Assembly: GCF_963921235.1 (NCBI RefSeq)
Contig: NC_086098.1
Location: forward strand, 237,026,001-237,090,000
Direction of reading: 5' to 3'
From: Mobula hypostoma
Lineage: Eukaryota
Length of the DNA: 64,000 nt
The notes below the pieces were generated by a model. That model was given only the letters and a program-made list of their open reading frames with translations, was not told the origin of the DNA and did not search any database. This document shows, in pieces, positions 39,701 through 53,520 of this stretch (positions within the stretch are counted from its first letter, which is position 1; each line of letters opens with the position of its first letter). A program made the position numbers and the translations under genes.

Positions 39701-39759
39701 AAAATTCAATAATAGTATAGATCTGGACGTCTGTTACGCGGAGGTGTTCCAGACGTCTC

Positions 39760-40330
39760 CATAACACATCTGTAAAGCTTTGCTAAAGTCGTTGTAGTTA
39801 GACTAAATTTCCTGAACTCACTAATGAAATATAGCCGATGTCGTTGCTCCCTTGCAATTGTGTAAATATGTTGTGCTCAGGATAGATCTTCCGAGATGTT
39901 GACACCCAGGAACCTAAAATAGCTCATAATTTCCACTATTGATCCCTTGATGAGAACTGCTGTGCGTTCCCTCGACTTTCCCTGCCTGAAATCAAAGTAA
40001 AACCTTTGACGTTGAGTGTGAGGTTGTTGTTCCGATACCACTCCACCAGCTATCTCATTCCTCTTCACCTCCTCGTCACCATCTGAAATTCTGCCAGCAA
40101 TAGATGTACCCTCGGTAAATTTGTAGATGACGTCTGAGCTTTGCCTAGCCATACATACATGGGTGTAGAGAGAGTAGAGCGATTGGCGAAGTACGTGTAG
40201 TTGAGATGCCCTGTGTTAATGGTTAACGAGGATGAGATATTATTTCCAATCGCATTGACTGTGGCCTCTAGATGAGGACGTCGGGAAGCTTGCTGCAGAG
40301 GACGGCACAGAGGTCTAGATTTTTAAGGGT
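39760..40330 (-). mobile_element. Rex1/Babar-like LINE RT fragment
   Basis: IYKFTEGTSIAGRISDGDEE and IVEIMSYFRFLGVNISEDLS. Confidence 0.65.
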
Positions 40331-40439
40331 ATAGAATAATACTGAGGGTATGATAGTATTGAATGTTCAAATAAACAGTAGACTTACTACTGTTCCTCCA
40401 AGAAGCAGGTATACTCCATTGGATACTGCAGTGGTGGGG

Positions 40440-42745
40440 AATTGACCTATCGGGGCACAGTAGCATCAAGCTGGCCAGTGGCACTGTGTCGGTGTCTGAA
40501 GCGCAGCAGGGAGGAGTAAATGCATCCAGAGCGGTAGTGATAGGAGTCTCGATATTTATAGATATTTATAGACTGACAGGAAATTTTACTACCGCGAATG
40601 AAAAGGCAGGATGGTGTGTTTCTTCCCTGGTGCCTGGGTCCAGGATGTATCAATGCGGCGGCAGAAGACTCTCAAAAGGGAGCGTGAGTAGCCAAGGATG
40701 GTGGTGCCAATGACCCCAATGACATAGGTAGAATGAATGAAGAAGTTCTCAACGGTGATTATAGGGATTTAAGGAAAATGCTGAAGAGCAGAAGCTCAAA
40801 ACTAGCAATCTCTGGATTACTCAAATGCCATGTGCTAATCAAGGCAGGAATACGATGATGGTTAGATGAATGAGTTGCTGAGGAAGTGGTGCAGGGGGTA
40901 GAGCTTCAGAATTCTAGATCTTTGGAATCTCTTCTGGGGAAGTAATGACCTGTACAAAAAGGACGTTTACAGCTGAGCAGAGAGGAGCCTATAACGTCGC
41001 GGGCAGGTTTGGTAGAGCTTTTGGGCGGGGGGCGGGGGGCGGGGGGTGGGGTGATGTGGATTGTGTTTTAAACTACATTGGCAGAGAGTTAAGAATCGAA
41101 GTAATCGGGCTGAGCATGGGGCATACGAGTGTAGTGTGTAGTGAGACTCAGGATGGGCAGGAAGACGAGGGGGCAAATTTGCAGTAAGCGCGACGAGATG
41201 AAATGTATCATGGGAGCAAAATCTAACAGGGTAATGAATTTAGGAATGAAGGTAGATGATCATGAAGCGCATTTAGAGATTGGTAGGTATAACGTTGTGG
41301 GTATCATTGATACGTGGCCAAAAGAAGAGTTTAACATCCAGAGAGGCACCTTCTATCAAACGGGCAGGCAGGAATACAGAGAGGGTGGGACGACACTGCT
41401 GGTTAAAACAATGAAATCAAATCCTTAGAAAGTAGTGACATAGGATTCAAAGATGTCGATTCTTTATGGGTACACTAAAGAGAGAGCAAGGGCAAAAAAT
41501 TCCTGCTGGGAGTATATTCACGCTCCGACAAATAACCAGGATGGATAAGAATTTCAGTGGGAAATAGAAACGGCACCCAATAAGAACAATGGTACGATCG
41601 TCATGTGGGATTTCAGTGTGCAGGTAGATTGGAAAAATCATGTTGATACTAGATCCCAGGAGAGGGAGTTTATAGAATGCTTACGAGACGGCTTTTAGAA
41701 CAGCTTGTGGTTTAATCCTTTCTGGAAATCAGCTGCCAGTGCAAGTGCTGAATAAGAGCCCGATTTCAACGTTTAGGAGAAGTTTCGGTAGCTACATGGA
41801 TGGCAGGTAAGGTGAGCTATAGTCCTGGTACAGGTCGATGGGACTAGTCAGTTTAAATAGTTCGTCATAGACTAGTTTAGCTGAAGCTCCTGTTTCTGTG
41901 CTCGACTTTTCCATGACCCAATCACTCCATGTAATGAAGTAGATTTGATTAGGCAACTTAAGGCATAGGAACCCTTGGGAGGCAGTGATCATGTGATAGA
42001 ATTCACCATGCAGTTTTGCATGGAGATGATAGAGCCAGGTTTATCAGTATTACAGTTGTCTAAAGGGAATGACAAAGACGTGAGAAAGGAGTTAGCCAAT
42101 ATAGATTGGAATGGGACACAAGCAGGAAGCAAGGCAGAACAGCAATGGGTAGAGTTTCTAGGAGCAAATTGCAAGCGTAGGACAGATACAACCCAGAGAT
42201 GAACAAGTATTTTAAAGGGAAAATGAGACAACCGTCTGTAACATGGGAAGTCAAAGACAACATAACAACAACAGGGAGGATACATAGTATAACAAAAAAA
42301 GTGGGAAGTTCGAGGATTAGGAGGCTTTTTATTACCAACAGAAGGTAAATGAAAAAAGAACCATAATGAGAAAAGGGATGAGATATGAATGTGAGCTAGC
42401 CAAAAATAACAACGAGGATCCCAGTACCACTGGGGAGGCAGTGGGGGACAACGAAATGGCGAATGAACAGAAGTTAATTCTGTCAGTGTACACTGTGGAA
42501 GACAGCAACGGTATGCCGGAAAATCGTGTGTGTCAGGAGGCAGAAGTGAGTGTGCTTGTTATAACTAAGGAGAAGGTGCTTAGAAAGCTGAAAAGTCTGA
42601 AGGTAGATAAGTTACGTGGACAAGATGGACTACACCGCAGGGTTCTGAAAAAAGGCAACAGGAGAGATTGTGAAGGCATTGGGAATGATCTTTCAAGAAC
42701 TATTTGGTTCTGGAATATTAATAGATTTTTAATAGTCTCAAAGTT
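40440..42745 (+). mobile_element. Decayed CR1 LINE (end of ORF1 and ORF2 endonuclease region)
   Basis: DLYKKD.. end of ORF1 near 40950, YNVVGIIDTW, GGSDHVIEF, and KEKVLRKLKSLKVDK..GQDGLHRRVLK. Confidence 0.8.
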
Positions 42746-45700
42746 ATAGAAACATAGAAACATAGAAAATAGGTGCAGGAGTAGGCCATTCGGCCCTTCG
42801 AGCCTGCACCGCCATTTATTATGATCATGGCTGATCATCCAACTCAGAACCCAGCCTTCCCTCCATACCCCCTGACCCCTGTAGCCACAAGGGCCATATC
42901 TAACTTCCTTTTAAACATAGCTAATGAACTGGCCTCAACAGTTTGCTGTGGCAGAGAATTCCACAGATTCACCACTCTCTGTGTGAAGAAGTTTTTCCTA
43001 ACCTCGGTCCTAAAAGGCTTCCCCTCTATCCTCAAACTGTGACCCCTCGTTCTAGACCTCCCCAACATCGGGAACAATCTTCCTGCATCTAGCCTGTCCA
43101 ATCCCTTTAGGATCTTATACGTTTCAATCAGATCCCCCCTCAATCTTCTAAATTCCAACGAGTACAAGCCCAGTTCATCCAGTCTTTCTTCATATGAAAG
43201 ACCTGCCATCCCAGGAATCAATCTGGTGAACCTTCTTTGTACTCCCTCTATGGCAAAGATGTCTTTCCTCAGATTAGGGGACCAAAACTGCACACAATAC
43301 TCCAGGTGTGGTCTCACCAAGGCCTTGTACAACTGCAGTAGTACCTCCCTGCTCCTGTACTCGAATCCTCTCGCTATAAATGCCAGCATACCGTTCGCCT
43401 TTTTCACCGCCTGCTGTACCTGCATGCCCACTTTCAATGACTGGTGTATAATGACACCCAGGTCTCGTTGCACCTCCCCTTTTCCTAATCGGCCACCATT
43501 CAGATAATAATCTGTTTTCCTATTTTTGCCACCAAAGTGGATAACTTCACATTTATCCACATTAAATTGCATCTGCCATGAGTTTGCCCACTCACCCAAC
43601 CTATCCAAGTCACCCTGCATCCTCTTAGCATCCTCCTCACTGCTAACACTGCCACCCAGCTTCGTGTCATCCGCAAACTTGGAGATGCTGCATTTAATTC
43701 CCTCATCCAAGTCATTAATATATATTGTAAACAACTGGGGTCCCAGCACTGAGCCTTGCGGTACCCCACTAGTCACCGCCTGCCATTCTGAAAAGGTCCC
43801 GTTTATTCCCACTCTTTGCTTCCTGTCTGCTAACCAATTCTCCACCCACACCAATACCTTACCCCCAATACCGTGTGCTTTAAGTTTGCACACTAATCTC
43901 CTATGTGGGACCTTGTCAAAAGCCTTTTGAAAATCCAAATATACCACATCCACTGGTTCTCCCCTATCCACTCTACTAGTTACATCCTCAAAAAATTCTA
44001 TGAGATTCGTCAGACATGATTTTCCTTTCACAAATCCATGCTGACTTTGTCCGATCATTTCACCGCTTTCCAAATGTGCTGTTATCACATCCTTGATAAC
44101 TGACTCCAGCAGTTACCCCACCACCGACGTTAGGCTAACCGGCCTATAATTCCCCGGTTTCTCTCTCCCTCCTTTTTTAAAAAGTGGGGTTACATTAGCC
44201 ACCCTCCAATCCTCAGGAACTAGTCCAGAATCTAACGAGTTTTGAAAAATTATCACTAATGCATCCACTATTTCTTGGGCCACTTCCTTAAGCACTCTGG
44301 GATGCAGACCATCTGGCCCTGGGGATTTATCTGCCTTCAATCCCTTCAATTTACCTAACACCACTTCCCTACTAACATGTATTTCGCTCAGTTCCTCCAT
44401 CTCACTGGACCCTCTGTCCCTTACTATTTCTGGAAGATTATTTATGTCCTCCTTAGTGAAGACAGAACCAAAGTAATTATTCAATTGGTCTGCCATGTCC
44501 TTGCTCCCCATAATCAATTCACCTGTTTCTGTTTGCAGGGGACCTACATTTGTCTTTATCAGTCTTTTCCTTTTTACATATCTATAAAAGCTTTTACAGT
44601 CCGTTTTTATGTTCTCTGCCAGTTTTCTCTCATAATCTTTTTTCCCCTTCCTAATTAAGCCCTTTGTCCTCCTCTGCTGAACTCTGAATTTCTCCCAGTC
44701 CTCAGGTGAGCCACTTTCTCTGGCTAATTTGTATGCTACTTCTTTGGAATTGATACTATCCCTAATTTCTCTTGTCAGCCACGGGTGCACTACCTTCCTT
44801 GATTTATTCTTTTGCCAAACTGGGATGAACAATTGTTGTAGTTCATCCATGCAACCTTTAAATGCCTGCCATTGCATATCCACCGTCAATCCTTGAAGTG
44901 TCATTTGCCAGTCTATCTTAGCTAATTCATGTCTCATACCTTCAAAGTTACCCCTCTTTAAGTTCAGAACCTTTGTTTCTGAATTAACTACGTCACTCTC
45001 CATGTTAATGAAGAATTCCACCATATTATGGTCACTCTTACCCAAGGGGCCTCTCACGACAAGATCGCTAATTAACCCTTCCTCATTGCTCAAAACCCAG
45101 TCCAGAATAGCCTGCTCTCTAGTCGGTTCCTCGACATGTTGGTTCAAAAAACCATCCCGCATACATTCCAAGAAATCCTCTTCCTCAGCACCTTTACCAA
45201 TTTGGTTCACCCAGTCTACATGTAGATTGAAGTCACCCATTATAACTGCTGTTCCTTTATTGCACACATTTCTAATTTCCTGTTTAATACCATCTCCGAC
45301 CTCACTACTACTGTTAGGTGGCCTGTACACAACTCCCACCAGCGTCTTCTGCCCCTTAGTGTTACGCAGCTCTACCCATATCGATTCCACATCTTCCCGG
45401 CTTATGTCCTTCCTTTCTATTGCGTTAATCTCTTTTTTAACCAGCAACGCCACCCCACCTCCCCTTCCTTCGTGTCTATCCCTCCTGAATATTGAATATC
45501 CCTGAACGTTGAGCTCCCATCCCTGGTCACCCTGGAGCCATGTCTCTGTGATCCCAACTATATCATAATCATTAATAACAATCTGCACTTTCAATTCATC
45601 CACCTTATTACGAATGCTCCTTGCATTGACACATAAAGCCTTCAGGCACTCTTTTACAACTCTCTTAGCCCTTTTTAATGCTTGCCCTGGATTTGTCGGC

Positions 45701-45947
45701 CTGCCACTTTTACTTTTCCCCTTTGTACTTTTTGCTTCTACGCTCACTTTACACCCCTCTGTCTCTCTGCACTGGTTCCCATCCCTCTGTTGTGAACTAA
45801 CCTCCTCACACCTAGCCGCTTTAATTTGATTCCCACCCCCCAACCATTCTAGTTTAAAGTCACCTCAGTAGCCCCCGCTAATCTCCCTGCCAGGATATTG
45901 GTCCCCCGAGGATTTAAGTGTAACCCGTCCTTTTTGTACAGGTCACA
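42746..45947 (-). mobile_element. Young CR1 LINE, near-intact ORF2 broken by one nonsense codon, 5'-truncated in ORF1
   Basis: ORFs 44113-45843 (APE: ITETWL, GDFN, SDH) and 42844-44088 (RT: [13 protein letters not shown]) are in the same frame, separated only by TAA at 44115-44113 where VVGK is expected. (TTTCTATG)n tail at 42746-42770. ORF1 end YKKDGLHLN..N* at about 45850-45945. Confidence 0.96.
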
Positions 45948-46304
45948 GGTTGTACAGGTTATATTGTCTACTGAAGTACCCATGCTGTAGTAGCCCTCAA
46001 CGGGGATATCGGACAATTTCCTTCGGAGATACGTGCAAAGCGATGCTATTTAACGGTGCCAACTTGTAGCATGACTATACAACATTTATTGGTGTGAATA
46101 TATTTTCCTTCTCTGAACTCATGAAGTTTACGTTCAAGTTTCAACGTTCAAAGTAAATTGATTACCATATCACATGTACAAGACCAAAAGAAAATCTGAG
46201 ATACCTTGTTTTGTGGGCATACACAGTAAATTAAAGAAACACAACGGAATCAATAAAAGACTGCATCTAGCTGGACGCAGAAACAACTGATATTTAAAAG
46301 ACAA

Positions 46305-46615
46305 CAAATATCACTTTTGAAGAAAACGTTAACTAATGGAAGAACATGACCCTTCATGGAAGACATCCCCACGTAATCCCAGTAATATATGCATCTGGTA
46401 CTATCCTAAGGGAATATACAACAGCATTAAACAACTAAGGAAACACAGTAATATCTATGTAAGCCTTCAGAAACCACAATAGAAAACACCTTAACAATAA
46501 TTTGAAAGTTCCTAGCAATTGACAAATGAGCGTGCTATGCTATGCCCGTACCCAAGTTTTTACCAGTTTGAGCTGTGTAAAAAACAATAATACTTAAAAT
46601 AATAAATCAATAAAT
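46305..46615 (+). mobile_element. R4/Dong remnant (internally deleted) with 3'UTR and TAA-rich tail
   Basis: gttaactaatggaagaacat shared with 15903-15922, fused to the C-terminal SNIYVSLQK..KFLAID. Confidence 0.6.
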
Positions 46616-46624
46616 ATAATATAT

Positions 46625-49600
46625 TGTAGCGATGTGCTACACACAGCGCTAGAATAACCACACGGAGTCGATGAGTTAGAGTTGCGATGAAAGAGGTTTA
46701 TTCAAACTTCGCGGCCCGCTTTAAAGCCTTCCCCTTCCCGCCCTCCCTGGGCGGGACTACTGTGGGGAATGCATATTCCCAGACCCTTTCCGCGCGGGAT
46801 TTTCCCCCTGCTGGTGAAGATGGCCTGGCGCCCTTTTTGCTACCGGCCCTCTGCCTGCGCGCGCTGTTTCGTGAGCCGGTTCGTGGGTGCCAGAAAGTGG
46901 GTCGCCACATAACCCCCCCCCCCGCCAGAACCGGCGATACCTCCCCCAATGTCCACAGTCTGGATCGGCCTCTGTTTGGGAGGTCTGCCCCTGGTCCGCG
47001 GTGCCTGAGCCTGGACCGGTTGCGCCAAGTCCACATGGGCCGGTTTGAGTCGGTCCACCGTGAAAACCTCCTCTCTCCCCCCAATGTCCAGCACGAACGT
47101 GAACCCGTTGTTCCTGATCACCTTAAACGGCCCCTCGTAGGGCCGCTGTAGCGGTGCCCGGTGTCCGCCCCGTCGTACAAAAAGAAACTTACAGTTCTGC
47201 AGGTCTTTGGGTACGCTCTGTCCATGCTGTGAAGTGGGGATGGGGGCTAGGTTACCGACCCTCTCCCGTAGTCTGTCCAGGACTGCTGTGGGTTCTTCCT
47301 CTTGCCCCCTTGGGGCTGGTATGAACTCTCCTGGGACGACCAGGGGCGCGCCGTACACCAACTCGGCCGACGAGGTGTGTAGATCCTCTTTGGGCGCCGT
47401 GCGGATTCCGAGCAGGACCCAGGGAAGTTCGTCCACCCAGTTAGGACCCTCCAGGCGGGCCATGAGAGCCGATTTCAGGTGACGGTGGAAGCGCTCCACT
47501 AGTCCGTTCGACTGTGGGTGGTAGGTAGTTGTGTGGTGTAGCTGTGTTCCTAAAAGTCTGGCCATAGCCGACCACAGGCTGGAGGTGAACTGGGCGCCAC
47601 TGTCGGAGGTAATGTGGGCCGGTACCCCAAAGCGTGCTACCCAGGTTGCGATCAGTGCTCGGGCGCAGGATTCGGAGGTGGTGTCGCTGAGCGGGACTGC
47701 CTCTGGCCATCTGGTGAACCGGTCTATCATAGTTAGGAGGTATCGCGCTCCTCGTGACACTGGCAGGGGCCCCACGATATCCACATGGATGTGGTCGAAC
47801 CTCCGGCGGGTGGGTTCGAACCGCTGCGGTGGAGCCTTGGTGTGCCGCTGCACCTTGGCCGTTTGGCACTGATACACGTTTTGGCCCATTCACTGACCTG
47901 TTTGCGAAGTCCATGCCACACGAACCTGTTGGAGACCAGCCGGACAGTTGTCCTGATGGAGGGGTGCGCTAAGTTGTGAATGGATTCGAACACCCGCCGG
48001 CGCCAGGCTGCTGGAACGACGGGGCGGGGTTGGCCGGTAGCTACGTCACATAGTAGGGTCCTCTCACCTGGGCCTACGGGGAGGTCTTGGAGCTGCAAAC
48101 CGGAGACTGCAGTCCTGTAACTGGGGATCTCAGCGTCTGCCTGCTGTGCCTCTGCCAGCGTTGCATAGTCCACCCCCTGGGACAGGGCCTGTATGGTAGG
48201 TCTGGAAAGTGCGTCTGCAACGACATTGTTCTTTCCAGAGACATGTCGGATGTCCGTCGTGTACTCGGGGATGTAGGACAGATGTCGCTGCTGGCTATGA
48301 GGATGTTGTCCAAATGGATGAATGCAAAGTCCAGGTCGCGTCCCACCGCGTCCATTAGCCGCTGGAAAGTCTGTGCGGCATTCTTTAGACCAAACGGCAT
48401 TCGGAGGAATTCGAAAAGTCCGAACGGGGTGATAAGTGCTGTTTTGGGGATGTCGTCCGGATGTACAGGGATTTGATGGTATCCCCGGACGAGGTCTACC
48501 TTGGAAAAGATCCTTGCGCCGTGTAGGTTTGCTGCGAAGTCTTGAATGTGCGGCACAGGGTAGCGGTCTGGCATTGTAGTCTCGTTCAGTCTGCGGTAGT
48601 CACCGCACGGTCTCCAGCCCCCCGTTGCCTTGGGCACCATGTGAAGGGGGGAGGCCCATGGGCTGTCGGACCGTCGTATTATCCCTAATTCCTCCATCTT
48701 CTTGAACTCCTCCTTCGCCAGTCGGAGGTTGTCCGGGGGAAGCCTTCGAGCACGGGCGTGGAGGGGTGGTCCCTGGGTCGGGATGTGGTGCTGTACTCCG
48801 TGTCTGGGCATGGCTGCCGTGAACTGCGGTGTCACTACTGATGGGAAATCCGCCAGGACCCTGGTGAATTCATCGTCGGACAGCGTGATGGAGTCCAGGT
48901 GTGGGGCTGGCGACTGTGCTTCACCCAGGGAGAACGTTTGAAAAGTCTTGGCGTGGACTAATCGCTACCCTTGCAAGTCGACCAGCAGGCTGTGGGCTCG
49001 TAGAAAATCTGCCCCCATCAGTGGTTGGGCCACGGCGGCCAGTGTGCAGTCCCACGTGAACCGGCTGGAGCTGAACTGTAGCCGCACCGTGCGGGTGCCG
49101 TAGGTTCGTATTGTGCTGCCATTAGCGGCCCTCAGGGTGGGTCCCGGTTCTCTGTTGCGGGTGTCGTAACTCGTTGGAGGTAAGACGCTGATCTCCGCTC
49201 CGGTGTCGACCAAAAAGCGGCGCCCGATTGCTTGTCCCAGACGTACAGGAGGCTGTCCTGATGGCCAGCCGCCGTAGCGATCGGCAGCGGCTGGGCCTTG
49301 GCGTTTCCCGGGAATTTGCTGGGCGGTCTGCAGCGGCGGGCCTCCGTGCCCCACCGTTGGTGGTAGAAACACCATTGTTCGTTGGGCTCCTCACTCCCGT
49401 CGCCGGGTTTTGTAGGGTCTGCTGCCGGGCCTGGTCAGGTCTGTCGTTGGGCACGCGGCTTGGTGATCTGTGCGACGGATGCCCCTCTCTCTTTCCTGGC
49501 ATTCCACAGCACATCTGCTCGGGCCGCCACCTCCCGGGGTTTGCTGAAATCTGCGTCGGACAGCAGCAGGCATATGTCCTCGGGCAGTTGCTCTAGGAAC

Positions 49601-50314
49601 GCCTGCTCAAACATGAGGCAGGGTTTGTGTCCTTCAGCCAGGGCCAGCATCTCGTTCATTAATGCTGACGGCGGCCTGTCTCCCAAACCATCCAGGTGCA
49701 TTAAGCGGCGTGCTCGTTCGCGCCGTGAGAGTCCGAAAGTCCTTATGAGCAGGGCTTTGAATGCTGTGTATTTGCCGTCCTCCGGGGGCGACTGTATAAA
49801 CTCCTCAACTTGTGCAGCAGTCTCCTGGTCGAGGGAGCTCAGCACGTAGTAGTAGCGAGTGGACTCTGAGGTTATCTGCCAAATGCAGAATTGTGCTTCT
49901 GCTTGTTCGAACCATAATTGGAGTCGCAGCGTCCAGAAGCTTGGCAGTTTTAACGAAACTGCGTGAACAGATGCAGCGTTGGTCATCTCTGGTCCAAATA
50001 TCGTTTGGGCCGTCGGGGTCACCAATTGTAGCGATGTGCTACACACAGCGCTAGAATAACCACACGGAGTCGGTGAGTTAGAGTTGCGATGAAAGAGGTT
50101 TATTCAAACTTCGCTGCCCGCTTTAAAGCCTTCCCGTTCCCGCCCTCCCTGGGGCGGGACTGCTGTGGGGAATGTATATTCCCAGACCCTTTCTGCGCGC
50201 GGGATTTTCGCCCTGCTGGTGAAGATGGCCTGGCGCCCTTTTTGCTGCCGGCCCTCTGCCTGCGCGCGCTGTTTCGTGAGACTGTTCGTGGGTGCCAGAA
50301 AGTGGGTCGCCACA
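46625..50314 (-). mobile_element. Ty3/Gypsy LTR retrotransposon with two LTRs, tRNA-Trp PBS and PPT; RT/RNase H internally deleted
   Basis: LTRs 46625-46909 and 50027-50314 (TGT..ACA), about 95% identical by hand count. PBS TGGTGACCCCGACG at 50024-50011. PPT GGGGGGGGGGG next to 46910. Gag 49435-50046, protease [37 protein letters not shown], integrase HIHVDIVGPLP..SDSGAQFTS..GLVERFHR. Confidence 0.96.
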
Positions 50315-52599
50315 TAATAGTAAATATTGACAACATGAGTTGAGGATTCATTTCAAACGACTTCTTAGGTTGTGGGAACAGTTTGATGATGGGGTGAGAA
50401 ACCTTGCGTGAAGTTATCCCCCCTGGTTCAACAGCCTGAAGGCTGAAGGGTAATAACTGTTTCTCAAATTCGTGGTGTGGATCCTTCGTCCTGAAGCAGC
50501 AAGAATGGAGCATGGCCTGTGTGGTGGGAGCATGTTGATGGATGCTGTTTTCTTGGGACAGCACTCTGTGAAGATTTACTCAATAATAATAGGGATGTTT
50601 TGTCCACGATGGACTAGCCACATCCAATACTTCTGTCAGGTTCTCCACTGAAGGGTTGGAAGCAACTGGTCAATATACTCTCCATTATTCATTCATAGAA
50701 GTTTGTCAAAATTTTAGGTGCTATACCAAATCTTCGCAAACTTCAAAGGAAATAGACACTGGGGTGTTTTACGCGTAATTGTAATTACATGCTGGGCTTA
50801 GGACAAATCTTATCAACTGATAACACCAAAGGTTTTAACGTTGCTGACCACGGGCTTCATGCATGGTGAGATTTGGCTGGTGGTCTTCAGTGGTCTTACC
50901 GCCTGGAGAGAGTCGCTGTTTCCCATCCTAACAGTCCTTCTCCTTATGTTAAAGTACTTCCTGGTAGAGGGTCAGAAGAAGGGGTAATAGTTGCTGTAGG
51001 AAAGCAAGTCAGGTTTTCTGTCGCCGTAGAACCAGTTTAACTGGCTACAATCCGGTGTGTGCCTACACTCGCATTAATGTTCAACTTTCCAGTTGGTAAT
51101 CGTACCCTTTTATGCACAGTACCTTGTATAATTCAGTAAACCATAGTATTTAGATTGCTTATTATTGCAGGTGTCATGAAAAAGCTATGCAGACAAGGAA
51201 AATTAATTTATCTCCAGACATGCAGGAAAATTGTCAGGTTGGTGCGTCTTTGTGTATTTAACTGTTTTACATTGGGTTCAGTGCAAAGCTGGAATAGGAG
51301 ACACGTGGACTGAAAGTGCACTCATGGGGCACAATCCTTCTCATTTGAAGACCCGTGAGTGATTGGAACATGCAATTTATACGCTCCCTTCCATTTATAA
51401 CGGGATTTCTATTACGGAATGCAGTCCTGAGTTGCACAGTGGTATTACTTCAGATTGTGCGGTGGTAAAGACGACGAATCCGCGAGAATTCGTCAACACA
51501 GCTTCTTATAACTGGGCTGAAGCTAGCGATTTTATTATGTATGGAGGGAAATTATTTATCCAACCTGTCTCTTACAATCAATGAATTTATTGGAGAATCA
51601 ACAATGCGAAAAGTTGCTCTACTGCCTCCAATGCGAGTATATCCTTTCATAAACATAGAGGTCAAAGCCACAGGCTGTGTTCTCAACAGCCTCATCCACA
51701 TTTGCAGTAAACCTTCTCCTTGTATGAATTACATACACTTTTCGATGAAGGCCACGATTGCATTATATTTCCCGATTAACTATACAACACATGGATCCTA
51801 CCGGGCTCATCAGCTTTCTACCACAGTCCAAAGACGGGCAGTTTAGGGATTAGTAAATTGTGAGCATGCTGTGTTGGCCCCGGAAGCGTGGCGACTACCG
51901 AGCTGCCTAGAATAATCCTCGCTGCTGTGATTTGACGCAAACGGCGCATTTCACCGTAGGTTTCGAAATACAGGAGTCGAATACGACCAACTCTTTAATG
52001 TTTAAGGTATATGAGTTATATTCACTGATTTTTGTCTTTTTAATGTTTGAAACATGTTTGACTGTCTCAGCATTTTCACACATGTTTTCACATGTTAAAA
52101 GTATTAAATATTAATATTAAATGCGAAGAAATTTTTTTAGTCAGAGGGTGGTGAATCTATGGAATTTGTTGCCACGGGCAGCAGTGGAGGCCAAGTCATT
52201 GGGTGTATTTAAGGCAGAGATTGATAGGTATCTGAGTAGCCAGGGCATCAAAGGTTATGGTGAGGAGGCAGGGGAGTGGAACTAAATAGGAGAAAATAGA
52301 TCAGCTCATGATAAAATGGCGGAGCAGACTCGATACGCCGAATGGCCTACTTCTGCTCCTTTGTCTTATGGTCTTATGGTCTTATGGTCTATATTAGAAC
52401 TAAGCAGGCGAGGGCGTCATATATACGAAAGCTCATTTGATTCCTATTTTGGACAGAATTTATTTTCTAACTTCGCGTACGATGGTCCATTTGCTCCAGA
52501 AACTGAGTACTTAATCTGGTAATACTGGTTGCTGAAGGCCAGGGCAGGTTGACGCATCCCAACCATCGGAGAAACCTCAATAATGATAAATGAGATTTC

Positions 52600-52800
52600 T
52601 ATGCAAAATGCTAGAGGAACTCAGGAGATCAGGAAACATCAGTGGGATGAAATAAAGAGACAACGTTTCGGGCCGAGACCCTTCCTGTTCTGATGACGAG
52701 ACTCCGCCTGAAATGTTGACTCTTTATTCGTTTCCATAGATTCTGCCTGACCTGCTGAATTCCTCCAGCATTTTGTATGTTTTGCTCTGCAGAATCTCTC
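52600..52800. repeat. Penelope-terminal-repeat hairpin (orthologous to 18570-18780)
   Basis: aaaatgctagaggaactcagg..cgtttcgggccgagacccttc and inverted ctgcctgacctgctgaattcctccagcatttt. Confidence 0.72.
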
Positions 52801-53520
52801 GTGTTTATGACTCTTCTAGTTTGGCCAGACGATGCCAAATCTGTGCCATGGCCGCACTGTAAAAGCGGGACCGGATCCGACCGGAAATACCATACAACCC
52901 TCGACAGAGAAATACATTTGTCAAACATTAGCCAGCTCACAACCACTGCATCTTTGGCTGGAAGGCCTTTTACTTCAGAAAGCCCAACTGTTCTTCCCCG
53001 CGGATATTGTGAGAAGACTGGTGTAGAGATCACTGGGTAGTAGCCCTTCTCCTTGTGTTTTTTGGGCGTTAGGAGGATCTTTGTGGGGCACCACTCTACT
53101 TCCAGCATTTGGTTTTTATAGATGCCGCCTGACCTGCTTAGTTCTTCTTGAAGTTTGTATGTGTTACCTTATACACCGGCCGGTCATTCTTTCCTACACG
53201 TCGGTTTCCCGCTTCTAACCAACCTGATGGGATCCCCTGGTTCACATGCACCTATTATGGTTTAGCAACACCCATCACTCTGTTTCCTGGTTTCGCAACT
53301 CGATCCCATGTAACAAACACAGAAGCCTTAGGCCCTACAAAATCAAGTTTTCTGTTTCAAATATTAATCTGCCTACAAAGCGGGTTGTGACTTCAAAACC
53401 ATAATTCGATCTGATTGCGGAGCCTATGGACTCCCTATCAACGACTGGAACTCATGCTTTGTGAATTATTTATTTATTTATCAAATTATCTATCTATCTA
53501 TCTATCTATTATCCATCCAT

